From positions 32,001-96,000 of IMG/VR virus record IMGVR_UViG_3300042555_002918: a stretch of 64,000 nt of DNA; one strand, given 5' to 3'. The translations under genes and the position numbers were made by a program. Origin of the DNA: a virus. Shown here piece after piece: positions 32,865 to 42,932 of this stretch. The number at the start of each line of letters is the position of its first letter. Within the stretch, counting starts at the first letter, position 1. The notes below the pieces were generated by a model. That model saw nothing but the letters and a program-made list of their open reading frames with translations. It had not been told where the DNA came from and did no database searches.

Positions 32865-35422
32865 GTCTTAATGATAAAGTTTATGGTTTGAAATGCTGGG
32901 TTTGCATCTCCCGTAACACTCGCTCCGCCTTGGTCTGTCAAGTTTGGCGACGGAGGCCCGGAGCTAAACGAAGCATCTCCATTTGACCCAGTAAGGACAT
33001 CACCCAAAGCTCCAGCAAAGTTAGTGACAGGATGGGTGTGTGTTCCTGGGCTTGCTGAGTTGTTGGTGAACGCAGGAATCGTGACGGTGTGGGTGTGAGC
33101 GCTCTCCCCCGTAATGCTTCCGGTGATCGTATGACTGTGAGGACCGTCGGAAGTAAATGTTACGCCTGTTGCATGGGTATGGTCGAGATTGGTCAGTGCA
33201 TTACTAGAGGTTAAATATGTATATCCATTTGTCACAAGGTTGTGGGTATGGATACCATCGTAGTTACCGCCGTATGTGTATCCGACTGGCTCATTAGTGG
33301 TTCCACCGCCTTCTGGCTGGGTCGCAAACCGGTTTGGGTCGGTGCTATCATTGTCATGGTTATGGGTGCTGCCGGAAGAGCCTCTGCGCTCGATCATATG
33401 CCGATGTGCACCTTCGCCTCCAAATGTAGTACCATAATGAAAATGACTGAGGTCTACACTCGGTCCCGAGGAACCAAATGTGCCGGAATGAGCGTGTCGC
33501 CCATCATTTGCGCCAGAGGTATACAAATTGAACGAGTGGGTATGGCTTGAACCCGCACCGGACGTGATAGCACCGTGAGTATGGTCAATTGCAGTGGTGT
33601 GCCCGCCAGAGGACGTAATGTTCAATGTGCTATTGTTTGCCAGTACAGAGTGGTAGTGGGACGGAATAGCATGAACGTGATTGGCAAGACCGTGGGTATG
33701 ATTAGGAGTAGAATGAGTGTGGTCTAATGAACCTCCTCGACCAGCGGTTCCTCCCCACCCTGAGCCAGTGCCTGAGGCCGCTTTTCCTAATGGGAATCGT
33801 CCTCTAAAGTCGGGAACAGAGAAGGTTAATCCACTTCCACCAAAGGCGTATCCAATAGCTGAGAAAAGACCGGGATATTCTGATGTTGAATAGGCTCTAC
33901 CGTCACAAAGAAGGTATCCAGTCGGGGCCTCTGTATTGTTTGCCCACATCTTAATACTTCCAGCCGGGGTGTTCTGTGACACCAGAGCTGCCAAAGCCGT
34001 TACTTGGGCCTGGAGAGCAGAAACATCGATACCATCAACACTCCCAGAAACCGTGATATTTCCAGAAACAGTAACGTCACCAGTAACTTGTGCATTTCCA
34101 CCTACCTTTAAGTTTGATGCCACCTCAGCGGTGTTAGTTGATAACTTTCCTGAAAGGTACCCATCCGAAAACGGATTCGATGTACTTCCAAGACTTACTC
34201 GGGAACTCGCACTTGTATCGACAATAGCGTCGGTCGTGATTTGAACTACCTTCGTGTCATTAACGTTCAGTGAAAGGGATGTGCCGGAAGATTTGATGGT
34301 AGTATTATTGGATGAATCCACCTTCACGACGGACACTGATGAGTTGGGATTGCTTCCACTCTTCCAGTTAAGCCATTGATTGTTCTCAAGCAGGATTTTG
34401 GAACCGTCCACTGCCCCATCTCTAATTTTAGCTCCCGTAACGGCACTATCTTCGATGATAGACTCAGTAACGGCACCATTTTGAAGTTCGCTTGTACCAA
34501 TTGACTTTGGGGCAACACTTCCCAGTTGAGACGGAGATAAGGTCTGGCGGCGAGAGACAGTACTAAACCCGAGGTGACGAACGTAGATATTGGCATCTAC
34601 ATCGGGAGCATCATTGAAGGAGATTGTCTTACCGTCTGCTAAAAGCTCAAAATCACCCAAGAATTGAAGGTCATAATCGGTTCCGTACTTAAGAGTACCG
34701 TCAACCGATACCTCAAGTGCTCGGGCATTGACGGCAGTTTGGCTCAATTCAAAGTCTTTATCTGTTCCTGTCCCGACAAATACATCAATGCGGAAGTTCC
34801 TAAGGTTTTCTGAGAGCTGGTCAGGACCAACTGACTTTTCGCTTGGGACAAAGTTATAGGTTGCCTCGCCGCGATGCATTACGTAGATAACGTCCTCTTC
34901 TTGAGGAACTCTCGTAAACGTAATGACTTTGTTTGTTTGGTCGCCTACGCCACCGATGGTGTAATCGACGATTGGCTCGATAACCTCCCAAGGGCCTACA
35001 TATTTCCTAGTAAGGGTTATTGGCTCGCCCTCGGCCTCATCAACCAACTGATTATCCACGACAAAAGTGATACTTTCGCCGTCATATTGCACCGACTGAA
35101 CGACATGGTTACCGTTATTCTGGCTCTCAGTAGAGCCTTCTACCTTAAGAACGTCACCCGCGCTTACTGTAGAAAGAGCAGCCGCAATTGCAGGGACATC
35201 ACATGTGATGGCGTTGTTGTCCGCATCAAATGAAATAGAAACGCAGGATGTAATGAGAGATTCGAATTTGAACTCTCGACGGATAACCTGCACATTATTC
35301 TCATAACCACCAGGGACTTCCTGCGAAAGCTCGAAACTTGCACTAATCCCGTCCGGGGCGATGTCGTCACGGGTATTAGGATTGTATATGAGAAAGGGCA
35401 ACGCCCCGCGAATATAACTCAT
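32861..35422 (-). CDS. Tail fibre protein with collar domain and H-x-H metal-binding tip
   Basis: PAGSI..WA....P.GYLLCDG...YP.LF.AIG...F.VPDFRGRF collar; many HTH/HSH repeats; NFIIKT end. Confidence 0.85.
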   Translation of the reverse strand: MSYIRGALPFLIYNPNTRDDIAPDGISASFELSQEVPGGYENNVQVIRREFKFESLITSCVSISFDADNNAITCDVPAIAAALSTVSAGDVLKVEGSTESQNNGNHVVQSVQYDGESITFVVDNQLVDEAEGEPITLTRKYVGPWEVIEPIVDYTIGGVGDQTNKVITFTRVPQEEDVIYVMHRGEATYNFVPSEKSVGPDQLSENLRNFRIDVFVGTGTDKDFELSQTAVNARALEVSVDGTLKYGTDYDLQFLGDFELLADGKTISFNDAPDVDANIYVRHLGFSTVSRRQTLSPSQLGSVAPKSIGTSELQNGAVTESIIEDSAVTGAKIRDGAVDGSKILLENNQWLNWKSGSNPNSSVSVVKVDSSNNTTIKSSGTSLSLNVNDTKVVQITTDAIVDTSASSRVSLGSTSNPFSDGYLSGKLSTNTAEVASNLKVGGNAQVTGDVTVSGNITVSGSVDGIDVSALQAQVTALAALVSQNTPAGSIKMWANNTEAPTGYLLCDGRAYSTSEYPGLFSAIGYAFGGSGLTFSVPDFRGRFPLGKAASGTGSGWGGTAGRGGSLDHTHSTPNHTHGLANHVHAIPSHYHSVLANNSTLNITSSGGHTTAIDHTHGAITSGAGSSHTHSFNLYTSGANDGRHAHSGTFGSSGPSVDLSHFHYGTTFGGEGAHRHMIERRGSSGSTHNHDNDSTDPNRFATQPEGGGTTNEPVGYTYGGNYDGIHTHNLVTNGYTYLTSSNALTNLDHTHATGVTFTSDGPHSHTITGSITGESAHTHTVTIPAFTNNSASPGTHTHPVTNFAGALGDVLTGSNGDASFSSGPPSPNLTDQGGASVTGDANPAFQTINFIIKT

Positions 35423-35425
35423 AGG

Positions 35426-36121
35426 TTAGATCTGGTTTACGTCTTCTATTAAACTACCGACTAAATCTACCACCTCACCTGGGGTGATACATTTAACTTC
35501 AATTCTGTCGCCTGGCCCTACTACGATTTTAGCGTTATCGATAAGTCGGATAGCATCTGCAAATGGGACCTGAGCACCTTCAAGGATGGACACATATGCC
35601 CCCTCACTCGCGCTAAACAAACGGACCGATATCTGAACTCCACTCTCCGATTTGTTAGCGGCGTTTATCTGGAGGAAGAAGCTCGTCTTGTCGGCTGGAG
35701 CTGTGTAGAGAGTCGTCCAATCGTTCCCAACATCCGGAATTATAGCGTTCTTATAGGTACCAAGAGCTGCTACTCCTGTGTCATCATTGATGTCTTCAAT
35801 CAGAGAAGCGATAAAGTCGATCGTTTCACCTGTAGTGCCACACAAAACTTCAATGCGATCTCCGTTTTCAAGAACAATCTTTGATTGGTCAATAAGTCGA
35901 ATGGCATCTCCACGGGGAATTGGGGCTCCCTTGATAAGGTAAGAGTAGGTATTTTGAGATGCGTCGTAGATACGAGCGGTACCGACTACATCAGTAGTCC
36001 CTATAACAGAGCCGTTCAGCTGAAGTAAAAGGCTGGCTTGGCCGATTGGGGCAGCGCAAAGAGTCTGGAACGTCTGTCCGACAGTAGCCTTTACCGCATT
36101 TTTGAAAAGCGAATTACCCAT
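35426..36121 (-). CDS. Virion-associated protein with two duplicated domains
   Basis: Two copies of KNA....TL..AP....S..LQ.N...DAIRLID..KIV...GDRIEV.C...SLIED.N. Confidence 0.7.
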   Translation of the reverse strand: MGNSLFKNAVKATVGQTFQTLCAAPIGQASLLLQLNGSVIGTTDVVGTARIYDASQNTYSYLIKGAPIPRGDAIRLIDQSKIVLENGDRIEVLCGTTGETIDFIASLIEDINDDTGVAALGTYKNAIIPDVGNDWTTLYTAPADKTSFFLQINAANKSESGVQISVRLFSASEGAYVSILEGAQVPFADAIRLIDNAKIVVGPGDRIEVKCITPGEVVDLVGSLIEDVNQI

Positions 36122-36126
36122 GTGGC

Positions 36127-36330
36127 TTAGCTCATAGCAAGTGCATACGTTAAAGCGGCTCGTTTTACCTTGCCCACGGTGACTCGAAGCTCGTTGATAG
36201 CGTCAACCAGGTTGTCTTGAGTGGTTGTCTGAAGAGTTGCAAGGTCTCCTTCCAGCTGAGCAATCTGATTGATCGTGTCGACCTGTGTAGCGATTGTAAA
36301 AGAGTTAATGTCAACTTGTGGGATACTCAT
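36127..36330 (-). CDS. Small structural protein (fibre-associated)
   Basis: GDL.TL.TT...NLV.AINEL motif. Confidence 0.65.
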   Translation of the reverse strand: MSIPQVDINSFTIATQVDTINQIAQLEGDLATLQTTTQDNLVDAINELRVTVGKVKRAALTYALAMS

Positions 36331-36554
36331 TACTTGCTCCGTAGGATCGACAAAAGTTCACTAATACCGGCCTGAACATCTGCCATTTGCTGTTCTAGTC
36401 TATTTATTCGAGCTTCCTGAGTTACTTCACGGAGCTTCTTATCTCGCTCAACTTTATATCGAGCATAGGCAACATCATCGGCAAAAATGCCGCCCGACGC
36501 GGGGTCTCTATAGAGGCCATTTTCACCCTCAACTTTGATTCCCTTGCTATTCAT
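36330..36554 (-). CDS. Small conserved T4-like coiled-coil protein
   Basis: IKVEG..GLYRD..SG.I motif; coiled coil. Confidence 0.7.
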   Translation of the reverse strand: MNSKGIKVEGENGLYRDPASGGIFADDVAYARYKVERDKKLREVTQEARINRLEQQMADVQAGISELLSILRSK

Positions 36555-39500
36555 CGAGTGCTATTACCTTCAAATTAGATATGCGTGGTGGTTTAGCTGA
36601 GTTGCCTCCCTTACCAACAAGCTTCACTACTACTCCAGTAAACGGAGGTAGGTTATTTACAGTGGCTGAATACTCAGACACCTGGTCATCAAGCGCGTTG
36701 GGGGCCGGATATGCCGCAACAAGGTCTCCACCTTGCTCTAAGTTAAACTCAGCTTTGGTCCAGTTCACGTCGTCGACCGACACCTGCGAATCAGTTCTGG
36801 CGACCTTGTAGTACACCTCGATCTCATTAGAGACGTGGCGATTAGCGTCAAAGCTTATCTTAAGCGCAGTGGATTGGCGGGCTAGCGTCAGCTGCTTGGT
36901 CACATACTTAAACGCTGCAGAGCCACCCTGCGGAGCAATCTCGTCAACAAAATTGTCCTTTTGGGTGATAGTAACGGCATTTGCATCAAGTGAACTTGAC
37001 CCACTAAATGTGGTATCAAGAACCACACTGATAAGTGGAGTCTGTCCAGGCTTGTACGATACCTCAAGAACCCGCACGTCAGTGCAGTTTCGAGACGATA
37101 CGGCTGCCCCGGAAATGCTGACCAGCTTACCGACGTCCAGCTTGGACAAATGCTGAGCGATAGATGCATTGTTTGTATAGAAGCGCCCCTTATTGATCCC
37201 TTCGCTATCAGAGTAGAAGAAAATGAGGTTTTGAGTACTACTTACGGCTGGACTCTCGGTCGTGGGAACTACCTGAAGAAGGTCCAGAGATGTATTCATG
37301 CTCAACTGACCAGTTCCTGCTGGGCTGTTGATACGATTTGAAATAGCAATTGCAGACAACCTGTCCGCATCAAGAACAGGTGAAAGGTTACTATTGTTTG
37401 ACCTTAAAACCGCCTTAACTCTAAAGCTCTTTCTGTCCCCAAGCCCGTTTGATGTCACCTTTGAAGGACCGACCACCGAATCAGTCGAGTTATGCTCGTT
37501 AATTTTCGATGAAATGGTCATCGGGTTAGTAAAATCAATCGTAGTATTGGCCGGAACATCCCTAAAGGAATTAACCACAAACGGAGCGGCCTTTGGGTTT
37601 GGATCTGGGAATGATACGTTGCCGCCATTCGTCGAGCTGTAGGTCCAGTACAGATCAGTATCCGGGAACTCCAATTGATTAAGATTAAGGAACATGGAAT
37701 CCATTGAAACTTGGTCAGATGCTTCAGCCGTAGTACCTCCAGTTCTTCCTGATTTAGTGGCAGTCCCGGAGCCCGAAACATCAATTACATAGCTATCAAG
37801 CTCAATTGACTCTATCGGCCATCCTTCGCTTCGCGTAAGGAGGTTTAAATCAATCCCATTCCCAGTAGTAATGTTACGCAGTACTACCCTTGGTGCAGGA
37901 GAGGCAAAAGCCGGGTGTCCGTGGTTTTTGTGAAGGACTTTAATTTTGGTAGAGCCTTCTTTTGTGACTATTGGATCCGATACCAGAGACACAAAAGGTA
38001 ATTCGGCATTTACGTATTCAATAGTACCAGTTGTGTTGGTTGTGAAGGATGCCTTGTGGAGAGCAAACTTCATATCAATCAACTGGTCAGCGTTCCACGT
38101 AGTGCCGTTAGAGCTCTTGAAGAACACTCCATTCAAGAAGTTATCCTTGAGGATAGGCTTATTGGTACCAATGATGGTGTTGATATCTTTCCCGAAGACC
38201 GGTTGATCTTCCTTGGGGGTAACTGTGATAGGCCCGGCTTGCGATATCCAAACGTGATACTTAATTGAGTCGGCAAGAAGCACAATTGCGTAATCGTTGT
38301 TTTCTTGGAGGAAAATTGGAGACTCAAAAACGAACCGAGTCGGAATCATGTCATTAGGGACGTCTTGAATATCAATAGCACTTCCGTTAGGAATTGCTCG
38401 ACCGCTCTTATTTCCAACTCTCTGAATCTGGACAGGGTTGGATGTAGAGCCGTTCCATGGACCAACGGTATATCCAGCCACAGTTCCATTTCCGGTTACG
38501 GTCATTTTGCCGTTTTTAAGATCAACGGTATTTGTAATGACGTCATTTGCAGGCTTCACTACCTCGCCAAATGGGAGAATGAGGTTAGTAGGATAACCAT
38601 CATTTGAAAGAGGTCGAACCTGAAGCTTGACGGGCACTTTGGTGTCTTTGGAGAAAAAGTACACATCCACGGCAAGAAGGAAACATCCACCCTTTTCAGT
38701 AACGGCAAACGATTGGGCGATTGGGTCTTCTCGCACGACCTTGGTCTTTGTTTGCTCGGTCACGGAGACTTTGACGTCTACATCTGTTACCTCAGTCCTT
38801 TGAACCTCAAATTGTCGAATTGCCAGTTCCGTCTCTTGCACCTGGTCGATCCAGCCAACTGCATAATATTTTGCCTCTCCCTCTGAAGCCGGTTGAGGAT
38901 TTTTTTCATTACTTGCGCTCGTGGTAAGCTTAAATATTCGCTCGCCGGTAAGAAACTTCTTAGCCGGAAGCTCAAAAATAAGGTCGACCGCTCCTGTATC
39001 GTCAGCGCGAATGGGCTGTCCGAGCCCCGCTCCTTTCGGATTACAGTACTGTCCCACTGGCTCGTCATTAAAGAAGGCATAGAGGACGCTCCCCGGCATG
39101 AATCCAAGGGCCTCCACCTTTATAGTGCGAGCACGCATGTAATCAGCTGCGATAGTCTGAACTACCCTCTTACCAAGAGATTGAGTCTTAATACCCTTAT
39201 CGACTACGCTCTCCGAAATTCCCTTTCTGATGGATGTCGTAGTTGTTGTAGTAGTGAACTTTGTCGTTTTAGTTCTGTACCTCGGCCAGTTTTTTGAGTG
39301 AAACGCATCCGGAGTATTGGGTCCGTATTTGACTACATCCGGAAGACGTTTTTTATCAACGTCTTTGTGCGCCCATCCATTTTCCCACTCTCCCCACATC
39401 ACATTATTTGGATTAACACCTGCTTGAGCAGCTTGAAAAGCCGAGTCGTCAGATACGGTGAGTACCGGAAGTGTCTCAGTATCTCGCCATGAATCCGTGG

Positions 39501-42500
39501 AGGGGTCGAGCTTAATTCGGCCTCGAAATGTAAACTTCGCATACGGATTGATGTTTTCTATCTGAGAAGCTAACTCCTGCTCGACAAACTTCTGCGGCGT
39601 GTAAGGAAGAGTGTATAACTTACCGGTGCGAGTATAATTGTCTGCGCTACGTTTCTGACCTCGGGTTACCTCGTTTGTCTCAAGGAGGTTTTTCTCAATA
39701 AGTTCTACATGCTTTTGGCAGACTGAAGGCCTCAGCTCTTCCTTAGTTGCATCGATGGAGCTTCTAAACTCAGCGTTACCCACGTCAGAGACATCAAAGC
39801 TCTTAAAGTTGTCTACCAGGAAACCGTTTTTAAATCGGTCAAGTCCTTGAGCGTCCTGTATTGTAAGCTCCTTTGCTTCCTTTTCAAGGAGGGAAAGCAG
39901 GGTGTAGTACTCAAGATTGGATACTCGGCTCTCAATTTTGCCGATATCCTTCATTGTATAACGACGATTCTCGATCTTACGCCTGAAACACTCATCGGGC
40001 GTTGCTGTGTAAGCTTGAATGTCTAAGTGATAAAGGGACATTGAATCCCCGGGTTCCTCGGGCGAAAGAGGAATGACATCTGGGGTGCCCTTTTGAACCC
40101 GGAAATTTCCAAAGCGATCGAGGTAAAGATTATCAACTCGATTTAAGTAGTGATGGAAGTCAAGTCGAATATTTGACCTTGGTACCTCTATAGTATTCGC
40201 AAAGGTGCCGTCGGAATTAAGACGCGGCCTAAAGTCTACACAGTCTCTAAGCTCATACATTCTGCCGGATGAATCCGTGTAGCTAGGGATCTCCGAGTAA
40301 TTCATCTGAATATCGCTACCCTTAAACGGGTACGAATCAACGGAGAAATATGCCCCTTGAGCACCATGCGTGAAGTAATCAAACTCTACCCTGACTCGAC
40401 CAATTGGTCGTTCTGCTCCTGGCTTGAGGTAGACAGAGCCAATACCGTAGAAGTAATCGGTTTGTCCGTTGTCGAGCAAATACCGTTCAGTAACGTCCTT
40501 GTGTCCTGCGGGAAGAACCTGAAGTGAAGACGGTTCGGTTCCAAAATCAGGAGACATTACTATTCTTGTGACTTTAAAAATATCGGCGACCCCGAGGCTA
40601 ACCTCTCCTAGATCGCTTCGCTGTGCGTCGGAAACGGCCACGGGACCGGAATATTCGCCTAAAATGAAGGTTCCTCTAATGGCCGTCTTGGATTTCTCTT
40701 TTGATGCGTACCCTTGAGTCTTTCTAACGCTTGCAATGATGTAGAATGTATTCCCGGCACTAAGTGGGTTAGCGTAAATTTTAACCTGAGAAGCCGAAAC
40801 CACGTCAACGCCCGCAGTTGAAAACGTGTCGTTGTACGAGTTACCTGATGTCAGACGAATCCAGTCAGTAGTGTTTACGTCTATGACGATGTAATCATTT
40901 GGAGAAAATGCCTCAAACTCTTCGTCCGCTAGAGTGGTTTGGATGGTAACACACCCTGCACCATCGGCTACCGCAGTGAAATGCCGACGCACCGTGAATA
41001 CGGTGTCAATTACGGAATCCGCAATCGAATTATCAGAGTTAGCACTTCTGAGTGTGTATGAGAATGATTCAGGTAACGGAAACAAAAGCCCCTTGGCGTC
41101 CTGCAGGCCATAGAATGGGGCATATGCAAACTCAACCGAGAGGTTACCAGTAAATGTGGGTGTTGTGGTAAGAGTTACAGAAGTATCAGAGCCTACAGCC
41201 TCAACTTGATATATCTGTGAATTAAGGTTTCCAACTCGTATGCAATCATAGGGGGAAAGCTTTTGTGAGGCCTTGTTTACAAATGACGTACCAAAGCCTG
41301 AAATGTCATCCCCAGTCGCCTTTTCTACCGAACCTTCCAGAGTTGTGAACTCCAGCACCATGTCGGCGGAGAATGACAATCCCGTCGTGGACACGATACT
41401 TTTCATTTGGGAAAGGTCAAACCCCGCATCTGCCTTAACGTCAAAGAGATAAAGCTTGTAAACCGCCGATGAATCTCCATGAGTACCTGAGAAGTACTCA
41501 ACGGCAAGGATGCGAGCGGTGCCTATTCGGGCATTAGGGCTGGTATCTGATACTGAGGTCTTCCGAGCGCGGTGAATCTCAACCAACTCGTACTCTTCTA
41601 TTTGGGGAGCTCCGTACATGTTGGTTACAAATACGTATGTCCCGAGATTGGTATTTACCGTTCTGTTATTCTGGAAACGAAGAGTTCTTGCCTTATCAAT
41701 GTCGACGTAGGAAGGTGCGAGCTTTTCAATCTCGTAGCCTTTGACATATGCTTTTCCTGGGTCAATCTGAAGGGTCAGCTTTCCGTCAGTTAACCGAAGG
41801 AACTCAGAGTTTGAAGATGCAGGAAGCCACTTACTTTCAAGCTCAGGGTCAACACATGCAGCCCTAACGCCAAAGAGTTTCTCTGCCGCTGTTTCTGCCT
41901 CCTCTTGAGTATCGAATTGAAATTCTGCCCTAGTGTGAACTCCCCCGTTATCGGAGGTCTTTAGGTACGGGCGAACGACAAGTGGAAAATCCTTTACGGT
42001 ATAATCACCAGACTCGTCGTACGTACGGCGAGCCAGTGTATCTTCGATGACCGAATACTCGGTCTTTGATACCTTTTCCTGAACAATGCCATCAGAAACG
42101 CGAACTAATTCAATGAATTGGCCGTCATTTTGTTCGTTGTAATCCCGTTGTTCAAGATTGGCGGAAATGTGGAGTCTGTCTGCTCCTGGGGCACCAAAAC
42201 TATCAGTTTCAGTTGCATTATCCCCTAACCCTTCATCGCCGACACTCGTAACGATAGCACGAACAACGGAGAGCCCAATTTTCGCAGTAGGAGTATTTGT
42301 CCACGCGCTTTGTACACTAGGAGTTATAGGCTCAATGAACGTCGATTGTTCATCAACGAGAATAAAATCCCCGTTAAAGAAGTAAACGGACTTCTTAATG
42401 AAGACGCCTGATATTCTTCCGACTGCAGTAACATCACTTGATACCACTGCAGAGACCGGAACGTTCTCTACTGTTTGTACCGCTTGACCAGGAAGAAACT

Positions 42501-42927
42501 CAGTCGAGGAACCTGTTTCATCATCGGCTTGTACATAATCAACGAATAGCCGGACCTCTCCAAGCTCATCTGCAATCTTGTAACCAATTACTCTCGCCTT
42601 GACGCCAAGAGGAGCGCTTGTGGAGACTATTTCTCTATTGAGCCATAAGTTCTTAATTGCATCTTCGCTGGCTGGGCTAGTTGACCTGCTTAGCTTTATA
42701 GATCCAACGTTATTTCGGTAGGTTACGGCGTTATTCGTTCCGGGAAGGACTTGTGCTCCATTTTCGAACAAATGGGCACCAACTCGCTCGATCTGCTTCT
42801 GGATCTGCTCCTGAAGATCGTTCCATTCGCGAGCCTGAATAGGGCGCCCGGGTCTAGCAAGGATTCGGTAATATTTCTGTGCCTCGTCAAATGTGGAGAA
42901 ATATGGAGGCTTCTTAATGTCTACCAT
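36547..42927 (-). CDS. Large baseplate/virion structural protein (DUF4815/VrlC-like)
   Basis: PY...FD....YYRIL.RPGR.IQARE; LARRTYDESGDY.V; GKAYVKGYE; DRFKNGFLVDNF; DPIAQSF. Confidence 0.85.
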   Translation of the reverse strand: MVDIKKPPYFSTFDEAQKYYRILARPGRPIQAREWNDLQEQIQKQIERVGAHLFENGAQVLPGTNNAVTYRNNVGSIKLSRSTSPASEDAIKNLWLNREIVSTSAPLGVKARVIGYKIADELGEVRLFVDYVQADDETGSSTEFLPGQAVQTVENVPVSAVVSSDVTAVGRISGVFIKKSVYFFNGDFILVDEQSTFIEPITPSVQSAWTNTPTAKIGLSVVRAIVTSVGDEGLGDNATETDSFGAPGADRLHISANLEQRDYNEQNDGQFIELVRVSDGIVQEKVSKTEYSVIEDTLARRTYDESGDYTVKDFPLVVRPYLKTSDNGGVHTRAEFQFDTQEEAETAAEKLFGVRAACVDPELESKWLPASSNSEFLRLTDGKLTLQIDPGKAYVKGYEIEKLAPSYVDIDKARTLRFQNNRTVNTNLGTYVFVTNMYGAPQIEEYELVEIHRARKTSVSDTSPNARIGTARILAVEYFSGTHGDSSAVYKLYLFDVKADAGFDLSQMKSIVSTTGLSFSADMVLEFTTLEGSVEKATGDDISGFGTSFVNKASQKLSPYDCIRVGNLNSQIYQVEAVGSDTSVTLTTTPTFTGNLSVEFAYAPFYGLQDAKGLLFPLPESFSYTLRSANSDNSIADSVIDTVFTVRRHFTAVADGAGCVTIQTTLADEEFEAFSPNDYIVIDVNTTDWIRLTSGNSYNDTFSTAGVDVVSASQVKIYANPLSAGNTFYIIASVRKTQGYASKEKSKTAIRGTFILGEYSGPVAVSDAQRSDLGEVSLGVADIFKVTRIVMSPDFGTEPSSLQVLPAGHKDVTERYLLDNGQTDYFYGIGSVYLKPGAERPIGRVRVEFDYFTHGAQGAYFSVDSYPFKGSDIQMNYSEIPSYTDSSGRMYELRDCVDFRPRLNSDGTFANTIEVPRSNIRLDFHHYLNRVDNLYLDRFGNFRVQKGTPDVIPLSPEEPGDSMSLYHLDIQAYTATPDECFRRKIENRRYTMKDIGKIESRVSNLEYYTLLSLLEKEAKELTIQDAQGLDRFKNGFLVDNFKSFDVSDVGNAEFRSSIDATKEELRPSVCQKHVELIEKNLLETNEVTRGQKRSADNYTRTGKLYTLPYTPQKFVEQELASQIENINPYAKFTFRGRIKLDPSTDSWRDTETLPVLTVSDDSAFQAAQAGVNPNNVMWGEWENGWAHKDVDKKRLPDVVKYGPNTPDAFHSKNWPRYRTKTTKFTTTTTTTSIRKGISESVVDKGIKTQSLGKRVVQTIAADYMRARTIKVEALGFMPGSVLYAFFNDEPVGQYCNPKGAGLGQPIRADDTGAVDLIFELPAKKFLTGERIFKLTTSASNEKNPQPASEGEAKYYAVGWIDQVQETELAIRQFEVQRTEVTDVDVKVSVTEQTKTKVVREDPIAQSFAVTEKGGCFLLAVDVYFFSKDTKVPVKLQVRPLSNDGYPTNLILPFGEVVKPANDVITNTVDLKNGKMTVTGNGTVAGYTVGPWNGSTSNPVQIQRVGNKSGRAIPNGSAIDIQDVPNDMIPTRFVFESPIFLQENNDYAIVLLADSIKYHVWISQAGPITVTPKEDQPVFGKDINTIIGTNKPILKDNFLNGVFFKSSNGTTWNADQLIDMKFALHKASFTTNTTGTIEYVNAELPFVSLVSDPIVTKEGSTKIKVLHKNHGHPAFASPAPRVVLRNITTGNGIDLNLLTRSEGWPIESIELDSYVIDVSGSGTATKSGRTGGTTAEASDQVSMDSMFLNLNQLEFPDTDLYWTYSSTNGGNVSFPDPNPKAAPFVVNSFRDVPANTTIDFTNPMTISSKINEHNSTDSVVGPSKVTSNGLGDRKSFRVKAVLRSNNSNLSPVLDADRLSAIAISNRINSPAGTGQLSMNTSLDLLQVVPTTESPAVSSTQNLIFFYSDSEGINKGRFYTNNASIAQHLSKLDVGKLVSISGAAVSSRNCTDVRVLEVSYKPGQTPLISVVLDTTFSGSSSLDANAVTITQKDNFVDEIAPQGGSAAFKYVTKQLTLARQSTALKISFDANRHVSNEIEVYYKVARTDSQVSVDDVNWTKAEFNLEQGGDLVAAYPAPNALDDQVSEYSATVNNLPPFTGVVVKLVGKGGNSAKPPRISNLKVIALDE

Positions 42928-42932
42928 AGAAC

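Noticed and set aside
32861-33730. His-rich tail fibre tip as a novel metal-binding system
   Set aside because: H-x-H repeats are the known metal-coordinating motif of T4 gp12/gp37-type fibre tips.
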